Shown one piece after another: positions 27,134 through 35,829 of a stretch of DNA of 64,000 nt (position 1 is the first letter of the stretch; each line of letters starts with the position of its first letter). The stretch is taken from the IMG/VR virus record IMGVR_UViG_3300028008_001363, positions 35,857 to 99,856 of that record; one strand, 5' to 3'. A program made the position numbers and the translations under genes. The notes under the pieces were generated by a model that was not told the DNA's origin, did no database searches, and saw only the letters and a program-made list of their open reading frames with translations. Origin of the DNA: a virus.

Positions 27134-27295
27134 ATGTTAGAACAGTATGAAAATGAAATTAAAAAGTTAGAAATATTTCTTAAGACTTTTTCTGGTAACA
27201 CTTCATCAGTAAAAATGAAGAAGTATGCTATTGAGAAAAAGATTGCAGTATATAAAGACATTGTTAATGAAATGAAATTAATACTTGCTATATAA
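27134..27295 (+). CDS. Small hypothetical protein (53 aa; not in ORF track)
   Basis: MLEQYENEIKKLEIFLKTFSGNTSSVKMKKYAIEKKIAVYKDIVNEMKLILAI; promoter and GAGAGG RBS upstream. Confidence 0.65.
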   Translation: MLEQYENEIKKLEIFLKTFSGNTSSVKMKKYAIEKKIAVYKDIVNEMKLILAI

Positions 27296-27307
27296 AGGAT
27301 ATAAATT

Positions 27308-27838
27308 ATGAGTGAAATAGATATAAAATCAGTATTCCATTTTGCCAATCTAGCACACAAGGGCCAGAAGCGAAAATACACTGGCGAGGACTATATAGTC
27401 CATCCAATGGCTGTCGCTAGATTAGTAGAGAAGCATGGTGGGTCGTTGGACCAGCAGGCAGCCGCTTTATTACACGATGTAGTAGAAGATACACCACATA
27501 CTTTGGCTGATATCAATGCTTTATTTGGGCATGATATTGCTGAACTAGTTCGGTGGTTAACTGATACATCTAAGCCAGAAGATGGCAATAGGGCTGTTCG
27601 AAAAGGCATAGATAGAGACCGATTAGCACAAGCACCAGCAGAAGCACAGTTCATCAAGTTGGCTGATATGATAGATAACTCTGTTACTATTCAGATATTT
27701 GATAAACCATTTGCTAAGTTGTTTATGGCTGAAATGAAACAGTTAGTAGACTCCATGCATAAAGTTGCTGGTAGTTCATTATGGATAGATGCTAATGATG
27801 TGGTAACTAGATATTACGAGCGTCCACAGTGGGACTAA
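27308..27838 (+). CDS. HD-domain (p)ppGpp hydrolase-like protein (small alarmone hydrolase / Mesh1-like)
   Basis: AHKGQKRKYTGEDYIVHP, AALLHDVVEDT, IKLADMIDN; no synthetase domain. Confidence 0.85.
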   Translation: MSEIDIKSVFHFANLAHKGQKRKYTGEDYIVHPMAVARLVEKHGGSLDQQAAALLHDVVEDTPHTLADINALFGHDIAELVRWLTDTSKPEDGNRAVRKGIDRDRLAQAPAEAQFIKLADMIDNSVTIQIFDKPFAKLFMAEMKQLVDSMHKVAGSSLWIDANDVVTRYYERPQWD

Positions 27839-27849
27839 GTATGCATCAA

Positions 27850-27894
27850 AACTTGACAAATACTCGTTTTGGTGTATACTATAAGTATAGTTAA
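27850..27894 (+). promoter_or_regulatory. Repeated early-promoter element, copy 5
   Basis: AACTTGACAAAT, 16 nt, TATACT, then ATAAGTATAGTTAA, identical to copy 1. Confidence 0.75.
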
Positions 27895-27912
27895 AGATAA
27901 GAGGAATAAGAT

Positions 27913-29232
27913 ATGGGTCAACCACAAAAACAAGTAGCCACAGAAAGCGAATTAGATAGTGCATTAGATGATGTTCTAGCCGCTAATGGTATTGAAGTAG
28001 ATGATACTCTACCAGAACCTGTAGTATTTGATTATACTGACGAAAAAGTCAAAGAAATGATTGTGAGTAGTCGTGTTCGCCTTCTTATTCGTCACCCATT
28101 TTTCGGTACACTTGCTACTCGATTGAAATTAGTCGAGGCAGAATGGTGTCCTACAGCCGCTACTGACGGCAGACATTTTTATTACAACTGTGATTTCTTC
28201 CGAACTATGACATCAGAAGAAATTGATTTCGTTGTTGGTCACGAAGTTCTTCACTGTGTATATGAACACTGTGGTGAGTATGGTCGTTTGATGGACATGG
28301 AAGAAAATTCACGTGACATGAAACTTTGGAATATTGCGGCTGACTATAAAGTCAATCAAGCCCTAGTCGAATCACGTGTTGGTGTTATGCCAAAGATGGC
28401 ATTACATGACCGAAAGTATTACAGGAGTTACACCGAAGAGATTTATGAACACCTTAAAGAAACTGGCGAGGGTGATGATAAAGAAACATTAGACCAGCAC
28501 ATGTTTGGTGACGGTAACGGTGACGGCAAGAATGACCCAACTGGTCGTGGTGCTCCTATCAAAGTTTCTAAGCAAGAAGCCCAAGCGATTAAAGACCAGA
28601 TGAAACAGGCTGTAATACAAGCGGCACAATCAACTGATGCCGGTACTCTTCCTGGTGATGTTAAAAGAATTATAAATGGCATGACTAATCCTAAAATGGA
28701 TTGGCGTGAACTTCTTAACATTTCAATTCAAAGTCTTTTGAAAAGTGATTTCACATTTATGAGACAATCTCGTAAATCACAATCAATGGGTGTTTATCTT
28801 CCTGGTTCAAAAAATGAAGAAAAGATTGATGTTGCAATCGCACTTGATGTTTCTGGTTCTATTTCATCTACTATGATTGAAGAGTTTCTTGGTGAAATGT
28901 CTGGCATTATGCAACAGTTCCAAGACTTCAAAATTCGTGTTTGGACTTTTGATACCGAAGTAAATGGCGAGGGTTATAAAGAGTTTGACCCGTACAATGC
29001 CGATGAACTTAAAGAGTACGAGATTATCGGTGGCGGTGGTACTGACTTTGATATCAACTATCAGTTTATGAAAGATAATGATATTGAGCCTGATAAGTTT
29101 ATTATGTTTACTGATGGCTTACCTTGGGATAGTTGGGGTGACGAAAGTTATTGTGATAGTTTGTTTATCATTCACGGTTCTGAAAGCATTGTCCCACCTT
29201 TCGGTGAACATGCATACTATAGCGAGGGATGA
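27913..29232 (+). CDS. Metallopeptidase-like / vWA protein (DUF2201-type MoxR partner)
   Basis: PTAATDG, HEVLH zinc motif, WNIAADY, DVSGS MIDAS, GGGGTDF, FTDG. Confidence 0.88.
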   Translation: MGQPQKQVATESELDSALDDVLAANGIEVDDTLPEPVVFDYTDEKVKEMIVSSRVRLLIRHPFFGTLATRLKLVEAEWCPTAATDGRHFYYNCDFFRTMTSEEIDFVVGHEVLHCVYEHCGEYGRLMDMEENSRDMKLWNIAADYKVNQALVESRVGVMPKMALHDRKYYRSYTEEIYEHLKETGEGDDKETLDQHMFGDGNGDGKNDPTGRGAPIKVSKQEAQAIKDQMKQAVIQAAQSTDAGTLPGDVKRIINGMTNPKMDWRELLNISIQSLLKSDFTFMRQSRKSQSMGVYLPGSKNEEKIDVAIALDVSGSISSTMIEEFLGEMSGIMQQFQDFKIRVWTFDTEVNGEGYKEFDPYNADELKEYEIIGGGGTDFDINYQFMKDNDIEPDKFIMFTDGLPWDSWGDESYCDSLFIIHGSESIVPPFGEHAYYSEG

Positions 29233-29233
29233 T

Positions 29234-29461
29234 ATGAATGTATGGGTTGGAACATTGTTAACAATACTATTCCTTATTATTGTATTCACACTCTTTGGCT
29301 TTACTGGCTTAACTTTAGTAATCCTGCCTTGGATGCTTTATATGTGGGCAACAGAAAAAGACTATCCAAAAAAGGTATGTCAGGCTTGTATAGAAGAAAT
29401 ACATATAGAAGCAATCAAATGTAAACATTGTGGTGAACCACAACCAACAGGAGAACTATGA
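29234..29461 (+). CDS. Membrane protein with C-terminal zinc ribbon
   Basis: Two hydrophobic stretches, then CQAC...CKHC; start reassigned to ATG 29234. Confidence 0.65.
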   Translation: MNVWVGTLLTILFLIIVFTLFGFTGLTLVILPWMLYMWATEKDYPKKVCQACIEEIHIEAIKCKHCGEPQPTGEL

Positions 29462-29775
29462 AAAAATTTATAATCTTAATCAGTTTAATCTTAACAACCA
29501 GTTCAGCACTTGCTGAATCAGAATTTGGTCCAGAGTTTGACCTTTATTCATCTGGTTATACCGAAGATGGTTGGTGGTTTGCACCTTCTGGTATGACATA
29601 TAAAAATATTGATGAACCTATAGACTATAATATTTGTATTGACTACAAAGTATATGAATGGACTTTATGTAAGGAAATTCTTAAGTCACGTGGATATAGA
29701 TTCCATAATACTCTTAATGATATTGATGTATCAGAAATCTATGAAGATGATTTTGAACTAGCAAAACTTCAATAA
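29458..29775 (+). CDS. Secreted hypothetical protein
   Basis: MKKFIILISLILTTSSALA signal-peptide pattern. Confidence 0.65.
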   Translation: MKKFIILISLILTTSSALAESEFGPEFDLYSSGYTEDGWWFAPSGMTYKNIDEPIDYNICIDYKVYEWTLCKEILKSRGYRFHNTLNDIDVSEIYEDDFELAKLQ

Positions 29776-29800
29776 ACATACCAAAAAATTACGATTATCA

Positions 29801-29826
29801 AGCCCACCTACTACGGTGGGTTTTTT
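29801..29826 (+). terminator. Intrinsic terminator
   Basis: GCCCACC-TACTAC-GGTGGGT stem then T run. Confidence 0.8.
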
Positions 29827-29834
29827 GATAAATA
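29827..29834 (+). promoter_or_regulatory. T4-late-like box GATAAATA
   Basis: Directly after the terminator, 6 nt before ATG 29841. Confidence 0.6.
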
Positions 29835-29840
29835 TTTCTT

Positions 29841-30377
29841 ATGAGAGATACCCTCCTTCTAAATGCAGACGGCAATCCTTTAAGTGTCGCACCCCTTTCA
29901 ACACTAACTTGGCAAGAGAGTGTAAAACTCGTTTGGCTTGACCGTATTAACGTCCTGGAATGGCACGAGGACTGGCAGGTACATAGTCCTACACTTACAA
30001 TGACTGTGCCGAGTGTTATAATGACCAGAGATTTTGTTAGACAACGAACTAATACTTCATTCAGTCGAAGCAATGTTTATCTAAGAGATAATTATATTTG
30101 CCAATACTGTAAACAAATGTTTAGTTATAAAGAATTAACACTCGACCATGTTCTTCCAAAATCTCTTGGCGGTAAATTAACATGGACTAATACTGTGACT
30201 GCGTGTAAAAAATGCAATAATCAAAAAGGTAGTCACACTCACATAAAACCTTATAGAGAACCTAAACAACCAGACTTCTATGAACTGGTAAGTGGTGTCA
30301 GTTTGAAACAAGTTGACCACGAAATATGGCTAAAATACCTAAATACTACAGAAGAGGTCAATATGGTCTACATTTAA
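29841..30377 (+). CDS. HNH endonuclease (McrA-like)
   Basis: RDNYICQYC, TLDHVLPKSLGG, NTVTACKKCNNQK. Confidence 0.92.
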   Translation: MRDTLLLNADGNPLSVAPLSTLTWQESVKLVWLDRINVLEWHEDWQVHSPTLTMTVPSVIMTRDFVRQRTNTSFSRSNVYLRDNYICQYCKQMFSYKELTLDHVLPKSLGGKLTWTNTVTACKKCNNQKGSHTHIKPYREPKQPDFYELVSGVSLKQVDHEIWLKYLNTTEEVNMVYI

Positions 30378-30387
30378 GGAAGTTCTA

Positions 30388-31473
30388 ATGAAAAAGAAAT
30401 CTATTCAACTAGAAGAAATTTCTAATCTAAAAACAATGTCCGAAAAGAACATGGACTACTTGGAAGAGTTTGACTTATTTGAAAAAGGCGGTGCTAATAA
30501 CACTATTCTAGTTGACTGGGTACTAGGAAATACCTGTGATTATACATGTACATATTGTAGTCCAGATAATTATGATGGTAGTGCGCCATGGCCAGACCTC
30601 GAAGTTTTTAAAAACTGTGTTACTGCTGTAACCAATTATTATAATTACCATAACAAAATAGTTAAATGGAATTTATTGGGTGGTGAAGTAACAGTATGGA
30701 AAGATTTTGATAAAGCATTAGAGATAATAAACAACGCTGGTTCATTAAATAACACGGTCAGTATACAAACAAATGGTTCTCGTACTGTAAGATGGTGGGA
30801 AAAGAATGCACACCTGATGTCTGAAGTTCTATTTAGTTATCATCCCGAACAAGCAGATTATAAACATATGACTAAAGTTGTAAATGCTTTATATGATGCG
30901 GGTGTATATGATATTTCTTTGATGATATGTTTTTATCCAAAACTAGAAGAATTATGTTTTGAAGCAGCCGAATATTTCTTAGAAAATCTACGTTGTGGAG
31001 GCAGAGTATCAATGAAGCCTTTACAAAAGAAATTAGGAACGGGTGAAACCTTTGTATACGAAGAGCGTGTTAAAAACAGAATGAATCATCTCGCAAGTAT
31101 AGATTTACCAGGAAGAGTACCAGACGTTTCAGGAGATGTCAAATTAACTCCTTCTATTATGTATTGGACAAACACTACTACAGGAAAAAGAGTGTTAGCA
31201 GATGCAAATGATTTAGCACATGAAAGAAGAAATCATTGGAAGGGTTGGGATTGTAATATAGGTATTGAGAAAATAAATATTACTGATGACGGTTGGTTTA
31301 TCAGTGGAAGTTACTGTGGTCAAGTTAGACGCAATTTTGGTCATATTACAAGGCCCGAGGCTATTAAATTTCCAACTAAAAGTATCACCTGTAAATGGGA
31401 TTGGTGTCCATGTGGGTCTGATATATGCACTACAAAATCTAAGAAACGTATCAGATGGATAAGAAATGAGTGA
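30388..31473 (+). CDS. Radical SAM protein with C-terminal Cys (twitch/SPASM-like) domain
   Basis: WVLGNTCDYTCTYC, LGGEVT, TNGSR, WKGWDCNIG...C...C. Confidence 0.9.
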   Translation: MKKKSIQLEEISNLKTMSEKNMDYLEEFDLFEKGGANNTILVDWVLGNTCDYTCTYCSPDNYDGSAPWPDLEVFKNCVTAVTNYYNYHNKIVKWNLLGGEVTVWKDFDKALEIINNAGSLNNTVSIQTNGSRTVRWWEKNAHLMSEVLFSYHPEQADYKHMTKVVNALYDAGVYDISLMICFYPKLEELCFEAAEYFLENLRCGGRVSMKPLQKKLGTGETFVYEERVKNRMNHLASIDLPGRVPDVSGDVKLTPSIMYWTNTTTGKRVLADANDLAHERRNHWKGWDCNIGIEKINITDDGWFISGSYCGQVRRNFGHITRPEAIKFPTKSITCKWDWCPCGSDICTTKSKKRIRWIRNE

Positions 31474-31921
31474 AGTACACGACACAGAGGTATGTATATA
31501 CGATTTTGAATATGGTATGCAGGAATGTATGGGCAATATTATAAATGTTCCGTATTTTTCTGGGTCATGGACTAAGGGTGGACCTAAATGTACTTATAAC
31601 ATAATCTTACTAAGTAAACCTTTCGATTGTCTCACAAGACAACTAGCAGATATTTCCAATCATTCTAAGACTTCGTTCTTAGAAAACGAACATAAAAATA
31701 TGTGGCATTCGTTAAATGGAAGTGATGCGTTTTATACGCAGATAAATAATTACATAGATACGATTAATAATAAGTTTATTATACATCCTAGAAATTTGTT
31801 ATTTGATTATAATGTTATTTTACCAAGGTTACAATCATTTCTCAACTTACCAGATGGAACTATTCAATTTAATCCAGACGATTATTGGTCATGGTATCAA
31901 AAAAATGTTAACATAGGATAA
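31466..31921 (+). CDS. Hypothetical protein
   Basis: 151-aa ORF overlapping the rSAM stop. Confidence 0.5.
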   Translation: MSEVHDTEVCIYDFEYGMQECMGNIINVPYFSGSWTKGGPKCTYNIILLSKPFDCLTRQLADISNHSKTSFLENEHKNMWHSLNGSDAFYTQINNYIDTINNKFIIHPRNLLFDYNVILPRLQSFLNLPDGTIQFNPDDYWSWYQKNVNIG

Positions 31922-31950
31922 CAAATAATTCAAAAATATACAAAAAATAC

Positions 31951-31979
31951 TTGACTTCGTGGTGTAAACCATGTAGAAT
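31951..31979 (+). promoter_or_regulatory. sigma70-type promoter
   Basis: TTGACT, 17 nt, TAGAAT. Confidence 0.6.
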
Positions 31980-32052
31980 AGAATAGTGAATTGAGTAAAT
32001 TAATTCATATTATATATAATATCAATTAAACAATGACAATAAGGAGCAATTT

Positions 32053-32304
32053 ATGTCAGAACAAGAAACAACAGCGGCACCTGAAGCAACATCACCAAGT
32101 GTTACGGTAAATGATTTGGTCAATATTTACAACATTATTGACTTAGCATCTAAGCGTGGCGCATTTCAGGCTAACGAACTATCGTCAGTCGGTGCAGTGG
32201 CAAATAAAGTCAAAGAATTTGTAGACCACGTTCAAGCGGCACAAGAAGCGGCCGCGGCTGAGCAAGGTGGAGAAAATGCAGATGTGACTGAAGGCGGTGC
32301 ATAA
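32053..32304 (+). CDS. Hypothetical phage protein
   Basis: 83 aa; AAGGAG RBS. Confidence 0.7.
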   Translation: MSEQETTAAPEATSPSVTVNDLVNIYNIIDLASKRGAFQANELSSVGAVANKVKEFVDHVQAAQEAAAAEQGGENADVTEGGA

Positions 32305-32951
32305 TGGCATCGTTTATTAAACATGTAGGCAAGCATAAAGGGACTGGTACTCGTTTGAGTGTCGTCTTTATGCAACTACCTAACGAACCAGAGAGTGCGT
32401 TAGTCGTTTACAGTGATTCTTTGCCAGACAAATATCATCAATCTTTTATGGACGCTATTGAATCTAAAGAAGGTCAATCTTCAAAAGAATTGTATGAAGT
32501 TCTAACTCGCAAAGTATTTCCAAATGGACAAGGCATGTTAGATACTTTACACAAAGAAGGTTATCTAGGAAAAGTAGCGGCTGACCAAATTGTTATGACA
32601 CCTAACTCAGCAACAGTTATACCTTTACCTCAGTTGTTATCAGAAATGTCAAAAATTTCTGGTGCAGATGAAGTTGGTGTACAAGAAGAAAGAGGTCAAT
32701 CTTTTACTGAAAATGTACAAGAACAGATTGACACTGATGCGGCTGGTGATAACAAAAAGATTGCACAGAACTTACTAATTCAAGCAATGCTTTTAGAAAA
32801 AGAAGCAGAAAAGAAACGTTCTGAAGCAGTGAGATTTGACCCGTCTCTAACCGAGAAGGCTGAGAAACCTGCCAAAAAAGGCAGAGGTAGACCAGCAGGA
32901 ACTACTGCGAAAGCAATGGCGGCAAGAGCAAAAGCGGCGGCAACAGAATAA
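32304..32951 (+). CDS. Hypothetical protein with C-terminal AT-hook-like motif
   Basis: KKGRGRPAG near the C-terminus. Confidence 0.65.
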   Translation: MASFIKHVGKHKGTGTRLSVVFMQLPNEPESALVVYSDSLPDKYHQSFMDAIESKEGQSSKELYEVLTRKVFPNGQGMLDTLHKEGYLGKVAADQIVMTPNSATVIPLPQLLSEMSKISGADEVGVQEERGQSFTENVQEQIDTDAAGDNKKIAQNLLIQAMLLEKEAEKKRSEAVRFDPSLTEKAEKPAKKGRGRPAGTTAKAMAARAKAAATE

Positions 32952-32980
32952 GTATACTTAAAACTTAGAGAGGCATCAAA

Positions 32981-33343
32981 ATGATGGACGACCCAGACTT
33001 TGATAAGTTAATGGATGAAATATTTCCAATGAGTATTCCAACGGAATATGTAGAAAGTATACTAGTAACATTAGCAAGTGGACAAGAGATTGAAATGTCA
33101 GGTGATGAACTTTTACATCCTCTGCCACTTGCTGATGATTTAAACTGGGAAAGTCTTGTACATCGATTTGATAAAATTGCTGATGTCCAAGTAAAGATTG
33201 ACGTAGAAAAGATTAAACATGATGTAGCCGTTAATGTAAAAACAATCTTTGATAATCACTTTGATGATGATGACATAGATACTGGAACAATTGATGGTGA
33301 AATTGAAGATGAGAACAAGGACACATTGACAGACAATGATTAA
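32981..33343 (+). CDS. Acidic hypothetical protein
   Basis: 120 aa; GAGG RBS. Confidence 0.6.
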   Translation: MMDDPDFDKLMDEIFPMSIPTEYVESILVTLASGQEIEMSGDELLHPLPLADDLNWESLVHRFDKIADVQVKIDVEKIKHDVAVNVKTIFDNHFDDDDIDTGTIDGEIEDENKDTLTDND

Positions 33344-33905
33344 TATGATATTGGCTGCCGATGAGATTGGCGGTATTGGATTTAAAAACGGACTACCATG
33401 GCCAAAAATCAAAGAAGACTTAAACTGGTTTAGACAACTAACTGAAGAAAATGTAATAGTTATGGGGTCTACCACTTGGAAAAGTCTAGGTATTCATGCA
33501 CCATTAAAGCACAGACATAACTATGTAATCAGTTCAACTCATAGCAAAGATGACTTTCCTGGTTGTTTTGCAGTACGTAATCCAAAGATAGATTCAATAG
33601 AAGTAATACTCAAAGCATTAGATTATTCATATCCAGAACAAGATATATTTGTGATTGGTGGTAAAACTCTCTATGACGAAGCCATACATTATTGCGATGC
33701 TTTGTTTCTTACTAGAGTACACGACTTGTACTACACAGATACAGTGGTGGACCTGGATTTCTACACGAAAGACTTTGTATTGTTAAATCAGATGTACGCA
33801 CAAGGTAATCAAAATACACCAGATATAACATTCGAAACATATTTAAGACAAGAACCATACAATCCACAAGAAGAGTTCGATTGGGATGATGATATACCGT
33901 TCTAA
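33336..33905 (+). CDS. folA: Dihydrofolate reductase with SSB-Ct-like tail
   Basis: IGFKNGLPW, EDLNWF, VMGSTTWKSL, PLKHRHNYVIS, VIGG, LTRV; ends DWDDDIPF. Confidence 0.92.
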   Translation: MINMILAADEIGGIGFKNGLPWPKIKEDLNWFRQLTEENVIVMGSTTWKSLGIHAPLKHRHNYVISSTHSKDDFPGCFAVRNPKIDSIEVILKALDYSYPEQDIFVIGGKTLYDEAIHYCDALFLTRVHDLYYTDTVVDLDFYTKDFVLLNQMYAQGNQNTPDITFETYLRQEPYNPQEEFDWDDDIPF

Positions 33906-33917
33906 CTTTCAAAATAT

Positions 33918-33925
33918 GATAAATA
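33918..33925 (+). promoter_or_regulatory. T4-late-like box GATAAATA
   Basis: Intergenic, upstream of AGGAG RBS and ATG 33974. Confidence 0.55.
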
Positions 33926-33973
33926 AGAGTAGTAATAACTAATATAACTTTATCGATACTTAGGAGTAATAAT

Positions 33974-34294
33974 ATGATAAAAGAGAGCGTAATAATCACA
34001 CCACATACTGATAAAGCATATGATTCAGTGGATGCATTTTATAGTGAAAATGACTATGATAGTTACAGAGACCACTTCAGAACATTCTTGGCTGACAAGG
34101 GCGTTGACATTGATGATGAAGCAGTATATATGACTGCATTAGTTGATGGCGATTCTAAAGTCAAAATAACAATAGCATTCGCAGATGAGGCTCAACTTGA
34201 TGAGTGTAGTGAGAGTGACGATTATTTTGCTATGTTGGCAATGGAACACACAATGCCTGCATCAGAAGATACAACTACTGTACACTTATTCTAA
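33974..34294 (+). CDS. Acidic hypothetical late protein
   Basis: 106 aa, Asp-rich; late box and RBS; converges on the minus-strand block. Confidence 0.65.
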   Translation: MIKESVIITPHTDKAYDSVDAFYSENDYDSYRDHFRTFLADKGVDIDDEAVYMTALVDGDSKVKITIAFADEAQLDECSESDDYFAMLAMEHTMPASEDTTTVHLF

Positions 34295-34295
34295 A

Positions 34296-34916
34296 TCAAA
34301 CAGTATTATGCCTATTCCAGGTATGATATGATTTCTTTGTACTACCGTCTTTGGGCGGTAGACAAAATACCATGTGAAATCTAAGATGCTCACCTGCATT
34401 TAAGGCAGTATGTCTCTTAGTTGTGTCTACCATGTAGGTAGTACTCTCATGTAACTTTTCAGTCTTATCATCTATTATCATAAAACATCCATCATTCGTT
34501 ATCAATGGTAAATGAATTCTAGGTGTTTCATCATAGTGATATGTTAAGCATGATTTCCAGTTCATCATCATATATCTACCACGAACTGCTCCATACTCTT
34601 TAAAAATAGTATTGATTACTTCTTCAGTGTATGTGCCTTTTAAGTAATCACAAACTTCTGAAAAATCTTCTTCTTGTAATATTACATCACGTACTTTAGG
34701 TTTTGAATTAGGGTCAGAGGCATCATGGTAGTCATAATCTACATATAAACTAAGAGTACCTTTTAGTCTTTGTTCTTCTTCTGGCGTACCTGACATAGTT
34801 TGAAGCATCATCTGACCATTATTCTTAATCAAAAATTTCTCAATATTCATATCATTGAATTCTTTTCTAAGTTTATCATAGTCGATATTTAATTCTAATT
34901 CAGTAACATTACTCAT
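34296..34916 (-). CDS. Asp/Asn beta-hydroxylase-like 2OG-Fe(II) cupin
   Basis: HYD...RIHLPLITN...HTALN...RFHMVF. Confidence 0.75.
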   Translation of the reverse strand: MSNVTELELNIDYDKLRKEFNDMNIEKFLIKNNGQMMLQTMSGTPEEEQRLKGTLSLYVDYDYHDASDPNSKPKVRDVILQEEDFSEVCDYLKGTYTEEVINTIFKEYGAVRGRYMMMNWKSCLTYHYDETPRIHLPLITNDGCFMIIDDKTEKLHESTTYMVDTTKRHTALNAGEHLRFHMVFCLPPKDGSTKKSYHTWNRHNTV

Positions 34917-34920
34917 GTCA

Positions 34921-35829
34921 TTATTCCTTATCCAATTCTAATTGTATAGCATTCTGTATTTCATCTGTTATACAAATTTTGTTTCCCTTTTCATCATGGA
35001 CCCACATCCATATTTCTAATGCAGTATATCCTGGATGGTCGTTAACATATTCTTCTTGTATCATCTTTGCTGGTGCAGTTACATATAATGGTCCAAACTT
35101 TGGTAAGATTGCGTTTGCCACAGTTACTGCATTGATATTATAATAGTTATAGTTCATTAGTTTACTTATAGGAATAGTTAAACTTGGTGCTATATCATTA
35201 CCAAACAATATTCCTGCTCTTATTCCACCCAACAGAAAAGACTTACTAAGACTGAATGCTACACAATCTATAACGGGATTCTCAACATTCATAGTTTCTA
35301 AAGACGTTCCATAGAATGCACAGTCCAAGAATATCTTACTATTTGTTCTCTCGCATTGCTTTATTAGTTCAGGAAACCACGTTGAAATACTTCCTGTATG
35401 ATTAGGTTGACTAATGATTATGTAACTGTTTTCTTCTATCGTCTCTAGGTCCGTATGGTGGATACACTCCGCCGTATATGGAGACAATAAAGCAGTATAA
35501 AACATATAGTCATCATTGAAGTAATAAAACTTGTTAACTGTTTTAGATTTGTATGCAACTTGATTAACTATGGCATCATGGATTCCATTACAAAATGCCC
35601 ATTCACTAAACTTATCTACACCAGAAAATCTATATGTCCAATTTAACCAGTTAGCATGATAGTCATCTAGTTCATCAGATGAACCTTTGTTCTTCATATG
35701 CAAACTGTCTAATACTTTTCTGACCTGATTTGGACAAAAACTATGTACTGAACCTTCAGGTGAAAGTGTCGATGCTGGATACTTTCCTCTTTCTAATAAG
35801 TACATTGTGTATGAGTTCGCTAACACCAT
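34921..35829 (-). CDS. PLP-dependent fold-type I enzyme (aminotransferase-like)
   Basis: ISQPN, IFLDCAFYG, FSLSKSF...GIRAG (PLP Lys). Confidence 0.75.
   Translation of the reverse strand: MVLANSYTMYLLERGKYPASTLSPEGSVHSFCPNQVRKVLDSLHMKNKGSSDELDDYHANWLNWTYRFSGVDKFSEWAFCNGIHDAIVNQVAYKSKTVNKFYYFNDDYMFYTALLSPYTAECIHHTDLETIEENSYIIISQPNHTGSISTWFPELIKQCERTNSKIFLDCAFYGTSLETMNVENPVIDCVAFSLSKSFLLGGIRAGILFGNDIAPSLTIPISKLMNYNYYNINAVTVANAILPKFGPLYVTAPAKMIQEEYVNDHPGYTALEIWMWVHDEKGNKICITDEIQNAIQLELDKE

Noticed and set aside
29841-30377. HNH gene as a homing endonuclease / mobile element
   Set aside because: Free-standing McrA-like type with no interrupted host gene, intron structure or flanking repeats; kept as an ordinary CDS.
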